Translations under genes and position numbers: made by a program
Notes under the pieces: model-generated
Databases searched by the model: none
Seen by the model: only the letters and a program-made list of their open reading frames with translations
What the model was told of the DNA's origin: nothing
Assembly (NCBI RefSeq): GCF_030684315.1
Contig: NC_081387.1
Coordinates: 6,056,497-6,120,496, forward strand
Length of the DNA: 64,000 nt
Origin: Stegostoma tigrinum
Taxonomy: Eukaryota
Direction: 5' to 3'
Part shown: positions 52,245 through 64,000 of the stretch, one piece after another
Position numbering within the stretch: the first letter of the stretch is position 1
Layout of the letters: each line of letters starts with the position of its first letter

Positions 52245-53030
52245 TCAAAATGAAACAGTAAAAACCCACCCTCTTATCTGTGTCTGAGGGTCAATCTCAC
52301 AGGACAGGATGGAGGCAGATAAAGGTATCTGCCCTGCCACAGCTGCCACCCTCATGCCTCCTGCATCACCCCCATGCCCATGTCCTGCCCTTCTTGTGCC
52401 AGATCCATGCCCAGCAGCTGAGAACTCATCACTGAGGAGCTTCTGGCCAGAAGATACATCCATGAGATGTCCTGTGCTGTCTCTGTTTCTGTACTCAGAG
52501 CTGTCAGGAGAGCTTCTGTTGGGCTTCTTTGTATTACTGCTGGAGCAGCTGTATCAATCTCCTGTGTTAGCACTGGCCCCTGGTTATGGGGGCTTGCAGT
52601 ATCCTCCATGTGGACATAAGGATTGAGATTGGTGTGATTTGTACCAGGCAATGACTCAGGAATGCCTTTTCTCCAAAGGCTCAGCTGCTGAGAAGCCCTT
52701 GTCTGAATCTCCCTCATCGCCTGTCTGTTCAAGCGCAGAGAGTCAAGATGCTTGTCATGTTGAGACACCAGTGCATTCCTTAGGTCAGGAGGGAACATCT
52801 CTTACAGCAAGTGTCCACATGTGGTCCCTGTGTCATTGAAGATCATGGAGAAAGTCTTTGAACTGTTGGATGTTCCTCCACCCTCGACAGATCAAACCAG
52901 TTTATCTCTCACAACCTCCCAGTAACCGCACACCATCATCTTCATGGTGCCCTACTTATCAATCATTGAACTGTGAACATATGTTAAATAAACATCACTT
53001 TGTGCTTCCTCATTGTTTAAGGGAAGCTTG
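52245..53030. repeat. Block paralogous to 6150-7500
   Basis: Direct similarity as described for 6150, with an internal deletion relative to that copy. Confidence 0.65.
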
Positions 53031-54385
53031 GTCGTATCCTCAACAGTCTTCAAGATCTCCACTTCAGGAATCTGTAATCTGCAATGCAAATTTGAATGAA
53101 AGTTGATTCTAAGAGTGTTAAATTACTTAATTCCTTCCGCACTAACTCTGCTAGCCACAGACAGTTCTATTGGCCATCCCAGTCTCTGTGATCTCCTTCA
53201 CCAACAGTATAATATTACAATGTAAAAGCAACATACTGTGGATGCTGGAAATCTGAAACAAAATGAGACAGTGTTGGAGAAACTCAGCAGATATGGCAGC
53301 AACGATGTAGAGAGAAACATTAAATATTTCACATTGAATGACACTGCTTCATTTCAAAGTAGTCATTGAATGTGAAACTTTAACTCTGTTTCTCTATCCA
53401 TAAATGCTGCTAGACTGGCCGAATTTATCCAGCACTTTGTGCTTCTATAATTTTTCAAGGTGCTCTACATTGATCAATACTGAGAAACTGGTGACACTTC
53501 ACCTCCTCTTTGGGATATGTGTTGAAGTTTCGCTTATCAAACTATAGCAATGTGTTTGTCACAGCTGATGTAATCTTCTACTCTGTAAACAGGTGATTGA
53601 ATAAATGCTGATAGAGCGCAGGGAATGGCACTAATGCATGACATTAAACTTCCCGCAGTTCATCCAAACTGAAGGCCAGTGGTTGCTGATTGCAACAGCC
53701 ACAAGCTGCTGTGTGAGTGAAGTAGCCCTTTCTGTGAAAACATTCCTAAACAATTCATAGGAAGCCAATCACTGAAAATTATTTAGTGATTATAAACCAT
53801 AACTATCAGCATTTGTAATGAAACATTGATGAATAGCAAAATTATATATTTTTCTGTCAAACTACCTTAGTTGTAAAATTGGTGCAGATATTTGCAGCAA
53901 AGTTCAAGTTCAAAGTAAATTGCAAAATTGAGAAGTTTCCCACAATACAAAAGGATGCTCTCAGTTGCCTCAGGACATTCTTTCATTTCAGGTCAATCAT
54001 TCAGCCACTGAATGCAGTGAAGCTGAGAAAGTGTCAGGGGGAAGCCATCAGGAAAGACCCTCCGGTGACACTGCTCACATTTGAAGCAGGATGAAAGCAA
54101 GACAGGCGAAGGTTTCACTTGAGGAATCGAGATCCAACACTGCAGTTCTGGGATGAACTGAACAATCTGTGGAAACACATTTCCAGGAAGATTGATCACA
54201 ATCCTGAATGAACTGGGATTGATATGGAAAGGTGGACAATGATGTCCTTAAACTCACTGGAATATGATTGTTGCTCCTCGCTGAGGGCCTGGGAATGTCC
54301 AGCAGTGGAGCCCAGGAAACCTACGAGGTAATGAATGGACTGACACAACGCAATTACATCAGGGTTGGGGTGGGGAGGGGTGGCA

Positions 54386-54880
54386 GTGAAATTAGTCTGA
54401 TAGGCTTTAATAGTGTCTGGGAGGGTGAGGCAGGATCAGGAAGGGAGTGAGTTTAATCTGGTGGGTTTTAACAGTGTCTGGGAGGGTGAGGCAGTATCAG
54501 GAAGGGAGTGAATTTAGTCTGTTGGGTTTTAACAGTGTCTGGGGGGGCAAGGTAGGGTCAGGAAGGGAGTGAATTTAGTCTGGTGAGTTTTAACAGTGTC
54601 TGGGGGTGGTGAGGCAGGATCAGGAAGGGAGTGAATTTAGTCTGGTGGGTTTAAACAGTGTCCGGGAGGGTGAGACAGGATCAGGAAGGGAGTGAATTTA
54701 GTCTGGTGGGTTTAAACAGTGTCCGGGAGGGTGAGGCAGGATCAGGAAGGGAGTGAATTTAGTCTGGTGGGTTTTAACAGTGTCTGGGAGGGTGAGACTG
54801 GGTCAGGAAGGGGGTGAGTTTAGTCTGGTGGGTTTTAACAGTGTCTGGGAGGGTGAGACTGGGTCTGGAGGGGAGTGAAA
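54386..54880. repeat. Minisatellite, 8 copies of a 61-bp unit
   Basis: Unit starts at 54386, 54447, 54508, 54569, 54631, 54692, 54753 and 54814. Confidence 0.95.
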
Positions 54881-55233
54881 AATAACTTACCTCCAATGAT
54901 GGATTTGTAAAAGTGTCACTTACTGAATCATCAAAGAGCTGAAACAGGGATATCAGAAAATGAAAAAATGAATGTTATATTAGAAATGAAATAATATATC
55001 AAATTACTGTAAAATTGCGAGTGGATGATGGCAAATTTAAAATGTAAGGGATTTAAATGAAATGGAATAGAAGGGGTGAAGATGAGGAAGATGAGAATAG
55101 AAGACTGGGGTGTGATGGACTGGTCCATGAGGGAGGTGGACTGTGCCACTCTGAGTAGCCTATATCTCAATGTAAATTTACAACTTCCACTCCCTTCTCC
55201 ATCATTCGCAACACTGTCCACTCAGTCACTTAC

Positions 55234-55266
55234 TGTGAGCTGCTGTGTAGGCCCCACTTGGTGACT
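55234..55266 (-). CDS. Gene B 33-nt cytoplasmic exon
   Basis: ESPSGAYTAAH with AG and GTAAGT. Confidence 0.8.
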
Positions 55267-55636
55267 CTGCAAGAGCAAAATAAATGTTTGTCAGAGTGTG
55301 GAATAATCCATTCTCAGAAAATAAGAACACAAGTGTGAGGGAATGGAGATTGTGGAAAAAATTCTCATTCCCACCCACCCTTCCATTCTTCCACCTTATG
55401 GAAATTCTGGAGATCACCTCCATTAAATCGATATTCACTCAGTGAGGATGTCAGTGTGTAGGATGTGTTTAATGATCAATATTAGACTTGGCCTGGGCCA
55501 GTCACACAAAGGAGGATAAGAGAATTAGACATGTTTGTGCATGTGTGGGAACTCAATCAGTTCCATTCAACACAGTGCCCTGTACTGTCAGTACTCTGTT
55601 CCCTCAGTTCTACATTCCCCTCTCTCTGATTCTTAC

Positions 55637-55745
55637 CTTTTCCAGATGATTATTCTCATTATCTGAACAGCAACAACCAGTGGAATGATTATTGATGCAA
55701 TGAGACTTCCAAGATGAGTGAGTTTCCAATTGCTTTCTGGGATTT
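55637..55745 (-). pseudogene. Gene B TM exon (11-nt deletion at the 3' end)
   Basis: EIPESNWKLTHLGSLIASIIIPLVVAVQIMRIIIWK; 109 nt versus 120 in gene A. Confidence 0.85.
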
Positions 55746-57497
55746 CTGAAATATATTTGCACAATATCAGGATTGTCTCTCTTCCTGGATCCATTCCTAG
55801 TTCTGTGATGATTGGGGACAATTTTAACTGATCCCACATATTGGGAATTGATGGGATCAGCTGAAATGCCAATTTGACTCCCTCCCTCTCCAGTGATGTC
55901 CCTAAAGATCCCATTGATGGGGGTGTAAACATCATGATGTCCCAATCCCATGGTTAGCTTCCCGGACAGTTCGGTTCCCATTCTCCCCAAAGTGGCTGTA
56001 CCCTGTCCTTGTTCAATCCCCAGGGTTAAATTGGACAGCCCAGGACTCAGCATCACTGATGGTTTTCACATCAAACTTCAGAGGCTTGAGGAATGGCCTG
56101 ACTGTGGGAAACTGGGCTGAGCTGATAGTGTGGAAAACGACTGAGTAACAAAACAAACACTTTGAAAGATGTACTTGGTCCGACGCAACCCCAGGATTTA
56201 GTCTGAACTACTGCAGTGAACCCACTGTCATCAAGTCATGAAAAAAGTGAGAGAATCCAGCTCTAAGAAAAGCTTCCACAAATATCCAGAGATTGAGGTA
56301 CAGGCATTTGGACAAGGATCAGCTGATCAAACAGAGTGTGGATGTGTTTGTGAAGGGCAGCTCACGTCTGACTCATCTCAGTGAATTTGATGAAGAATCC
56401 ACAAACATGGTGGATAAGGAGTGTCTCTGGATTGTTCTTATGGATTACCAAATGGTCCATGACAAAGTTCCACACTACAGATTACTGACGATAATATGAG
56501 TGCATGGAATTCATAGGAGGAGAAAGATACAAATTAGGATTAGGAGTCAATCTTTCAGCCGCTGAGGTCTTTGCTGCCATTTGATAATAGTATGACTGAT
56601 CAGATTTTCACTTTGACTTGCTTTCATCAAGAATCTTTCTCCCTTGGCCTTAAAAATATTAATGACCGTACTTCCACTGTTATCTGGAGAAGAGCATTCA
56701 AATGTCTCATGGACAGACAAGGTGGAGGGAAATTTTTTTCCTCATATTTTTAATCTTTGTCTCACTCCAGTTTTAGTCTCCATATAAGGAGAGACATCAG
56801 TTCAGCATCCCCCATGACCTTGGGATATTACATTTTGCAATACCATCACCTTGATTTTTCTAAACTCTATGTTGCCTGATAACATTCCTGTGTAGGGTTT
56901 TGAGACAACCTAATGACATTAAAACTGCTAGATAAATTGAATTTGCTGTTGATTTTCTGGCTTTCCTCCTTATGCTCATACTCATATACCATGAACAGAA
57001 CACTCCCCACTGTCCCTCCTTTATTTAACATATTTCCAGTAATTCATTAAGGTTTCTTAAACAGTAGCTTCCAAACATCTTCCATTGATTGTTGGGTTCA
57101 AGTTCAGGAACTCCCTCCCTAGCCCTACTGTGGGTGCACCGATCTCACGTAGACTGCAGTTGTTTAAGAAGGCAGATCACCAGCACCACCTTCTGAAGGG
57201 CAACTGTGGATAGAGAATAAATGTCAACCTCATTAGCAATGCTCACATCACAGATACCAAAAAAACCCCTTCGATCCTGGATGTCCAGCACCCAATCTTC
57301 GTCATCTTTCAATCAAATTGTCTCTGTCTCTGTGACAGGCACAACATTGAATTGCCACACAACAATTCATCTGTATCTGACTAATTCTAATTACCAAACC
57401 CTGTTTATTCATCTTCCTGCAGAGCAACTCTGATTTAGACTCTAAGGAGTCAAAAGGCCTTATCCTCTTACGACACACTCACAATCCAGTTCCTTAC

Positions 57498-57776
57498 CCC
57501 ACTGATAGAACTTGGCCTCTGCCAGGCTGCTGTGTTCAATTCGACTGGAATATCGATCCTCATTCCCCGCACTGATTTCAATCTCTTTCTGGATCTGATG
57601 GGTCCCATCATGGTTCGGTCGAATCCCCGAGGATTGTGTCTCGGACATGACCTCTCCGTTCCTTAGTCAGGTCACCTTGATGTCTACAGGATAAAATCCA
57701 GTGACCAGGCAGGAGAGGGTGAGTGGTTTGTCCTGACAATTGGGCTCACTCCTGGAGATGAACACTTCAGGCTGAA
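57498..57776 (-). pseudogene. Gene B alpha3 exon
   Basis: LTLSCLVTGFYPVDIKVT*LRNG...YSSRIEHSSL. The core Trp is TGA (57667-57669) and the second Cys is Ser. Confidence 0.92.
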
Positions 57777-57895
57777 CTGTGATGGGAAAGGGTGAAAAAA
57801 ATCAAACAATAGACAGTCACTGAATGGAATGGGAAAATGGTTTCATAGATCAGCATAATTAGATCAAAGCATTCAATCAAAATTGAAATATACAC

Positions 57896-58171
57896 CTTTT
57901 CTTTTGAAATAGTCGTTTCCAGATTGCAGACATGAATGTAAAGTCAGGACAAATTCTTCTTCTAAACTTATTTTCCAGAACTTGTTCCAGGATGCATCAG
58001 AATTCCACTTTTCTTTCAGTTTCACTGCGATGCGATTTGATGCAATCCATCCCATTCTGTCTGGCTCTAAACTAATGAAATCCTTTCCATCCAATCCAAA
58101 TCTCATCGATCTCTTCATGGAGCCGTCATCACTGACCTCAACAGAAGGTATCCATTGGAGAGTATGAATTC
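57896..58171 (-). CDS. Gene B alpha2 exon (open, 276 nt)
   Basis: GIHTLQWIPSVEV...DGKDFISL...KEKWN...YFKRK with intact AG/GT. Confidence 0.92.
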
Positions 58172-58369
58172 CTGTCAGTGACCAAACGGGCATCAATCAG
58201 CAATAATTAATAGAAAATCACAAACTGGTTGATCAGAGGTGAAAGCTGACCTAGGATCAGCTAGAAATGGGGGATTAGAGTCACAGTCTGAACAGTGACA
58301 AATGAGATCTGGTATTAAATGGAAATGGAACAGCAAATCCAATAGTGAATGATGTCAGGGGATGATTTG

Positions 58370-58759
58370 AATGGAGTGACCCAGGGGTCAGTGCTGGGGG
58401 ATGGACAGTGTGGAGTGACCCAGGGGTCAGTGCTGGGGGATGGACTGTGTGGAGTGACCCAGGGGTCAGTGCTGGGGGATGGACTGATTGGAGTGACCCA
58501 GGGGTCAGTGCTGGGGGATGGGCTGTGTGAAGTGACCCAGGGGTCAGTGCTGGGGGATGGACAGTGTGGAGTGACCCAGGGGTCAGTGCTGGGGGATGGG
58601 CTGTGTGAAGTGACCCAGGGGTCAGTGCTGGGGGATGGACAGTGTGGAGTGACCCAGGGGTCAGTGCTGGGGGATGGACAGTGTGGAGTGACCCAGGGGT
58701 CAGTGCTGGGGGATGGACAGTGTGGAGTGACCCAGGTGTCAGTACTGGGAGATGAACAG
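58370..58759. repeat. Minisatellite, about 10 copies of a 39-bp unit, in gene B intron 2
   Basis: Unit tgtggagtgacccaggggtcagtgctgggggatggacag. Confidence 0.95.
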
Positions 58760-58882
58760 ATTCATGGTGTCCCACACACCACATCCCACCCTTTCACAGT
58801 CTGCCATATAATGATAGCTGTGTAGCTGTCTGGCACCATTAAACAGGACAGTCAGTGGGGGATTGTGTGTCACTGATCTTTC

Positions 58883-59144
58883 AAATTGACCGATTTGCAA
58901 TCTCCATTATCATATTCAGATTCTCCATCACTGTTTCTGAGCATCTGATTGCTATACTTGTGAGATGTTCCCAGTATTCCACATTGAATGAATTGGATTA
59001 AAAACTGTTGCCTGGGAATGCACTGATGGATATCACTGGCTGATTAGCTGACTTGGATGCCATGAATAATCCCAACACTTGTAACCTTGGTAAAGTCAGT
59101 GATTCCATGCACAGCCATGTGGAAGACTTCAAATTTGCTAATAT
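58883..59144 (-). pseudogene. Gene B alpha1 exon (not in the ORF track)
   Basis: DISKFEVFHMAVHGITDFTKVTSVGIIHGIQVS*SASDIHQCIPRQQF / SFNVEYWEHLT...NLNMIMEIANRS. TAA at 59044-59046, +1 frameshift near 58990, donor lost. Confidence 0.82.
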
Positions 59145-60192
59145 CTGAAAACAAATTGAAGAGACATGTTAGTGAACATTGATGAGCCTGATGAAAGTGA
59201 GGATCTATTTACATAGTGAGAATCTTCAAATATCCACCACTTTATCACATTGTCAGAATCCTGTCTGATATTATGAACAGAAACAGATTGAACTGGGTCA
59301 AAATGCTGCAGCCTCTCAGAACAGAATAAACACAGAATCAGATACTCAGATAATCAACTGAGCAAATGTAGACACAGGCACAATCCAGGGATCGATGTGT
59401 TAAACAGAAGATCACTAACCTGGAGCAGGAGCCTGGAACACACCCAGTCTATCACTAACCAGGAACAGCTGTCTGGAATACACTCAGTCTATCACCAAAC
59501 TAAAACCGTAGTTAGGGAACATAGAGAGAAAGATATCGAGGAGACCCTCCTCACCGGACAACATCTCGAGTGAGAAACTCAGGAAAACGCAAGGACAAGT
59601 CTACAGTTTATCGCCATAATCAGGAAAGATGTGGAGTGAGTTCTGACTGAAATGAAGAGAAACTAGAATATTTGGGAGGATGAAGTGTGAGACCATGGGG
59701 GACAGTCACTGTGTTAACAGTCTCTCTGTCAAACAGGGGGGATGGACAATGCAGAGCAGGATCCCCACTGTGTTTCACTGAGCTATTTAACCACCCCTTT
59801 ATACACAGCCAGTAGCATGCTGGTGTCTGAGATAACCTGACCTATTCAATTATGTAGGCATCACAGCTGAGTATGGGGTGGGTTAAACATGGAGTATCCT
59901 TCTCCTCCCTGTAGTGTTTACAAGATTCAGGCCACGAGCGATGAAGCTGTTGGGCATTTCCCAATCAATGTGAAAATTAAAATTGTCCATGCGAATCATT
60001 TTCTATTTGCTCTGAGCTTCTCTGATGTTAGAGTTTCCACATCCTGGTGTGAGGAGACCTGGATACAAATCCCATCAGAGTCTCCCAGACTGCGCTTCCT
60101 TCAGTGTGTAAAATATCAGGCTGGCTGTATTACAGGCGGCTGGTCAAACAGCCCCGATTTCAAACTCTCACCAAGAGATTCACATTCACCCC

Positions 60193-60198
<6 letters not shown>

Positions 60199-60241
<43 letters not shown>

Positions 60242-60246
60242 GAGAG
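60199..60246. repeat. (GA)n microsatellite in gene B intron 1
   Basis: Directly visible; short ctctct tracts sit at the same position in both gene A leader copies. Confidence 0.9.
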
Positions 60247-60272
60247 GATGGAAAGCTGAATTCTGTACTTAC

Positions 60273-60324
60273 CGGGAGAGACCCAGGAAAAACATAGGGA
60301 GATGAAGACAATGATCAGCAACAT
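60273..60324 (-). CDS. Gene B leader exon (intact)
   Basis: MLLIIVFISLCFSWVSP plus a phase-1 G and a gtaagt donor, 52 nt. Confidence 0.85.
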
Positions 60325-61552
60325 TCTGGGAATCCACTGTCCCTATTCCAATCAGGGACTGGGAATAAAACACCTCGAGGGGAGAATATCTACTGTTAAG
60401 GACTGCAAAAAAAAAGAAAAAAATAACATTTGTCAATACTCTCTTTTAAACCTTGTCAAAGTTTCTGAATGTCATGCATTTAGACTGTTGCAACAGACAA
60501 TCAATGATCACTGTGTATCAGAAAAGTACCCACAAAAGGGAGAAAGATTCACCTGCAACCAATGAGGAGGAAGCTCAAACTCAGGGTAAGATTAACACAG
60601 TGAAATAGGAACTAAGGCATGAATTTCAGAGCCCTTACCCACACCACACCCTTGTTAAGTATTGAGAAACATTCACAGAGAAAGACACACAGGCCCTAAA
60701 ATGTGGGCAGCTCACATACTTAATGATATCAAGTCACATATTAACAAATTCTATTCACTGCCCATTTTGAAAACAATTATTTTCGATAATCTTTTTTTTT
60801 AAAACCTACAATATCAATAATGAAGAAACAAACATGCAATTGGTCTGATTACAACTGACTGTAAATAAAGTCCAGTAGCTATTTTAGAATGCCCTCTGAA
60901 TCATCTTCTTGGCTCTGTTTGGTATACGGTTTCAGACAGTTTCATTTTGACTCAGGACTTAAAGTAGATTCTGGAACAAAAACAGAAGTAGGTGAAAGCT
61001 CAGCAGAAATTTGGGAAATTAACGATTTACGGAGTCGACGTTTCCTCACAACTCAGGATTCCGGAGTCCCGGATCTGAAACATTAACTCTGATTTTTTCT
61101 TCCCAGATGCTCCCAGACCTGCTGAGCTTCCAGTAACTTTTGTTTTTGTTCCTGATTTACAGCATTTGCAGTTCTTTCAGTTTCCGTTTAAAGTAGATGT
61201 TTTTTATACTTAGAATTGGAAACTTCACATACAGAATTGTGATCATCGCACACTTTGTGATCTGTTCATGTGATCATGTGGAATGTGCTTGTGCTTTGGT
61301 TTATCCATTACTGGAATCCTGTGATCTGCAGGACACTTTTTGCTTTTCTGTCAATGTGTATGATAGATCTTTCGGTTCCGAGTACTTCAACTAAATTGCC
61401 ACATGCCACTTGCAAAACACCATCAAGCTGATTTTGTCTGAAACTACATTGCCTCTCATTTGCATGGTACAGCTCCTTTTGATGGCTTATTGCATTCAAC
61501 TTGAACAGTTAAGTTTGGTAAAACCAAACATGAACGTTTTCTTACAGACAAG

Positions 61553-63830
61553 AAAAAACTGCAGATGCTGGAATCCAAGGTAGACAAACAAGAGGCTGGA
61601 AGAACACAAGACGGGCAACAATTGGAAGAAAGGAGCAGTCAACATTTTGGGTATTGCCCTTCTTCAGGAGTGGATGTGGGGTTAGGGGGATCTGCGATAA
61701 ATTGGGTTGGAGGGGTGGGTGGTTATGGTGGTGGAATGGTGTTGCTAGGTTAACACTGGTGGTAGGTCCAGCCTGCTTGGTCAATGAGAGAGATGAATCC
61801 GGTTGGTGGCTGGAAGGGAGACTCACAAGGTGGAATGGAAGGGAGGAGGTGGGGCTGGAAACGGAGGCAGGGATGGGTGGGAAGGTTATTTGAAACTGGA
61901 GAACTCAATGTTGAGTCCTCCGGGCTGCAGGGGCCCCAGACAGAAGATAAGGTGTTGTTCTTCAAAATTGCATTCCGAGTCACTGTGACACAGAAGGAGG
62001 CTGAGGATGGACACGTTGGAGAGGGAGTGGGACGGGGAGTTGAAATAGGCGGTGACTAGGAGGTTAGGCTGGCCTGGCAAAGATGCTTGGTAAAACGGAC
62101 ACCTAGTCTACGTTTGGTCTTAACAATGTAGAGAAGACCACAACGGGAACACTGGATTCAATAGATTAGATTGGAGGAGATGCAGATGAAGTTCTGTCTC
62201 ACTTGGAAGGGCTTTTTAAGGCCCTGAAGAGAGGTGATGTGTGGGTAGGTGCTGCATCTTTTATGGTACCCGGTGGTTTGGAGTAATTGGGGTGGGGAGA
62301 GTGGTGTGAACTAGGGAATGGTAAAGGAAATGGTTCTTGCAAAAGGCAGACAGGGGTGGTGTCTAATTAGAGTTGGCAGAAGTGTTTGAGAATGAAACGT
62401 TCGATGCGGATGGGATAGAAAGTGAGGATAAGGGGGACCCTGCTTTAATTATGTTTGGGTGGGGTGGTTAAGAGCTGTGGTGTGGGTAATGGAGGAGGTG
62501 TGGTGGAGGGCTATCTGGAAGAGAGAGCAGGGAATAAGAGCTGCAGACATCTGGGATGCTTGGGATGGGACATGTCCATGTCAGACCGATATAGATGGAG
62601 GAACTGGGAAAACAGGATGGAGATTTTACAGGATACAGGGTGGGAGGAGGTGTAGCCTTGGTAGCTATGAGTGTCTGTGGGTTTATAGTAAATGTCAGTC
62701 CGTAAATTGTCACCAGAAATGGAAACGGAGAGGTCAGGAAAGGAGAGAGCGGACTGTGAGTTATTGGCGAAGTCGATGAACTGCTCCAGTTCAGCCTGGG
62801 TGGAGGATGCTGCACTGTTGCGATCGTCAATGTCACGGGGGAAGAGTTGGGGAACAGCGCCGGTGCACGTACTGAAGAGGGACAGCTCAACATAGCCAAC
62901 AAACAGGCAGCCTCAGCTGGGGCGCATGCAAGTGCCATGGCAACACCCTGGATTGGGGAAAGTGGGAAGGTTTGACGGAAAAGTTAGTGAGAGTGAAGAA
63001 TTAGTTCAGTGAGGTGGTGGGGGTGGGGGTGTTTCTGGCTGGATCCGTTGGGGAGGGAAAACTGAGGGCCTGTAGGTCATCTTTGTGGGGTATAGACACG
63101 TGTAGCGATTGAACATTCATAGTAAAGATGAAGCTCTGGGGGCCAGGGAACTGAGAGTTATCTCTGAGAGGTGGACGGCGTGGTTTGTGTCCCAGATGAA
63201 GGTGGGGAGTGCCTGGACCAAGGGGGAGAGAATGGAGTCGAGGTGGGAAGAGGTGGTTTTGGTGGGGAAGGGGTATGCGGAGACAATGGATTGGCCAGGG
63301 CAGTTGGGCTTGTGGATCTTGAGGAGAAGGTTGAAGCAGGCAGAGAGGGGCTGTGGGACTATGGAGCTGGGGGCAGCTGAGGGGAGATCATCGGTCATCG
63401 GCAGTGTGGGAGACGGTGGCTGGAAAGGGAAGCGAGGATGGGTGGGAAGGTTATTTGAAACTGGAGAACTCAATGTTGAGTCCTCCGGGCCATAGTAGGG
63501 TCATGGTCAAGGCAAAGATAGGACATGGTGTCTGACAATTGACCTCTGTGATATAGAGGTCCGTCCTCCAGACTGCCCCACCTTTCATGGCAGGTTTGAC
63601 AGTGAAATAGGGATTGGTGTCGAGAGAGTGGAGCGCTGCATGGTTGGAGGGGAAAAGTTTGAAGGGTGCAAGGGGGTTGGGTGGAGAAATTGAGGCGATG
63701 AGTGTCACTTTGGCAATTAGCAATGAGGAGGTCCAGGGAGTACAAGAGGATGGCAGTGGGTGTCCAAGAGGAGGCGAGAGATTGGAGGTGGGAGAAAGGG
63801 TCCTGGAGGGTGAATGTTTTCTTGATGATC
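61553..63830 (-). mobile_element. Old Penelope-like element
   Basis: EEQHLIFCLGPLQPGGLNIEF (endonuclease C-terminus), LLKIHKPNCPGQSIVS (decayed PKxHK RT motif), and a pLTR at the left end. Confidence 0.85.
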
Positions 63831-64000
63831 CCTTCATTGAAAGCTCATCTGGTACATACCTTACAGTGGAGTGTGAAGCTGTTCAATTACTTCAGCAGGA
63901 AATTAGCCAGCTCTGTTTCATACTGAACTTTGAACTGTTCTGACAATGCCATCTTTGGCAGGGCAGCCTCAAAAATGTCCATCTTTTTCATCCACCAAGG

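Larger units (their letters stand above)
54924..60324 (-). pseudogene. Non-classical MHC class I-like gene B
   Basis: Leader 60324-60273, alpha1 59144-58883, alpha2 58171-57896, alpha3 57776-57498, TM 55745-55637, cytoplasmic 55266-55234 and 54938-54924. Stops or frameshifts in alpha1, alpha3 and TM. Confidence 0.92.

Noticed and set aside
54386-58759. Regular repeat arrays as possible CRISPR loci
   Set aside because: Units are contiguous with no unique spacers, there are no cas genes, and the context is vertebrate. They are minisatellites.
58281-58825. Repeat-protein ORFs on both strands (167 and 158 aa)
   Set aside because: A by-product of a stop-free 39-bp unit inside an intron.
59555-59650. 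THS...FPEF reading as the gene B alpha1 exon
   Set aside because: It needs a frameshift and is only about 100 nt. A full-length alpha1 homologue exists at 58883-59144.

Overview
Eukaryotic, repeat-rich DNA, inferred to be from a shark (HE1-type SINEs, CR1/Rex/RTE LINEs, Penelope and Gypsy elements). The genic content is a cluster of three divergent, non-classical MHC class I-like copies. Gene A (+, 17.8/23.7-34.7 kb) and gene B (-, 54.9-60.3 kb) have the full leader/alpha1/alpha2/alpha3/TM/cytoplasmic exon set. Gene C (-, 8.4-9.4 kb) is a 3' remnant. As written, all three are pseudogenes, but both alpha2 exons are intact and both lack the canonical alpha2 disulfide cysteines. The most notable non-genic structure is a set of short palindromic Penelope-derived insertions with 10-14 bp target-site duplications (TSDs) and minimal hammerhead-ribozyme cores. 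One of them carries a copy of the neighbouring MHC alpha3 exon between its arms. The window also has an internally deleted class I-like endogenous retrovirus, a Harbinger remnant, two minisatellites and several locally templated insertions. All coordinates, counts and alignments were done by eye. No database search was possible, so family names rest on recalled motifs.
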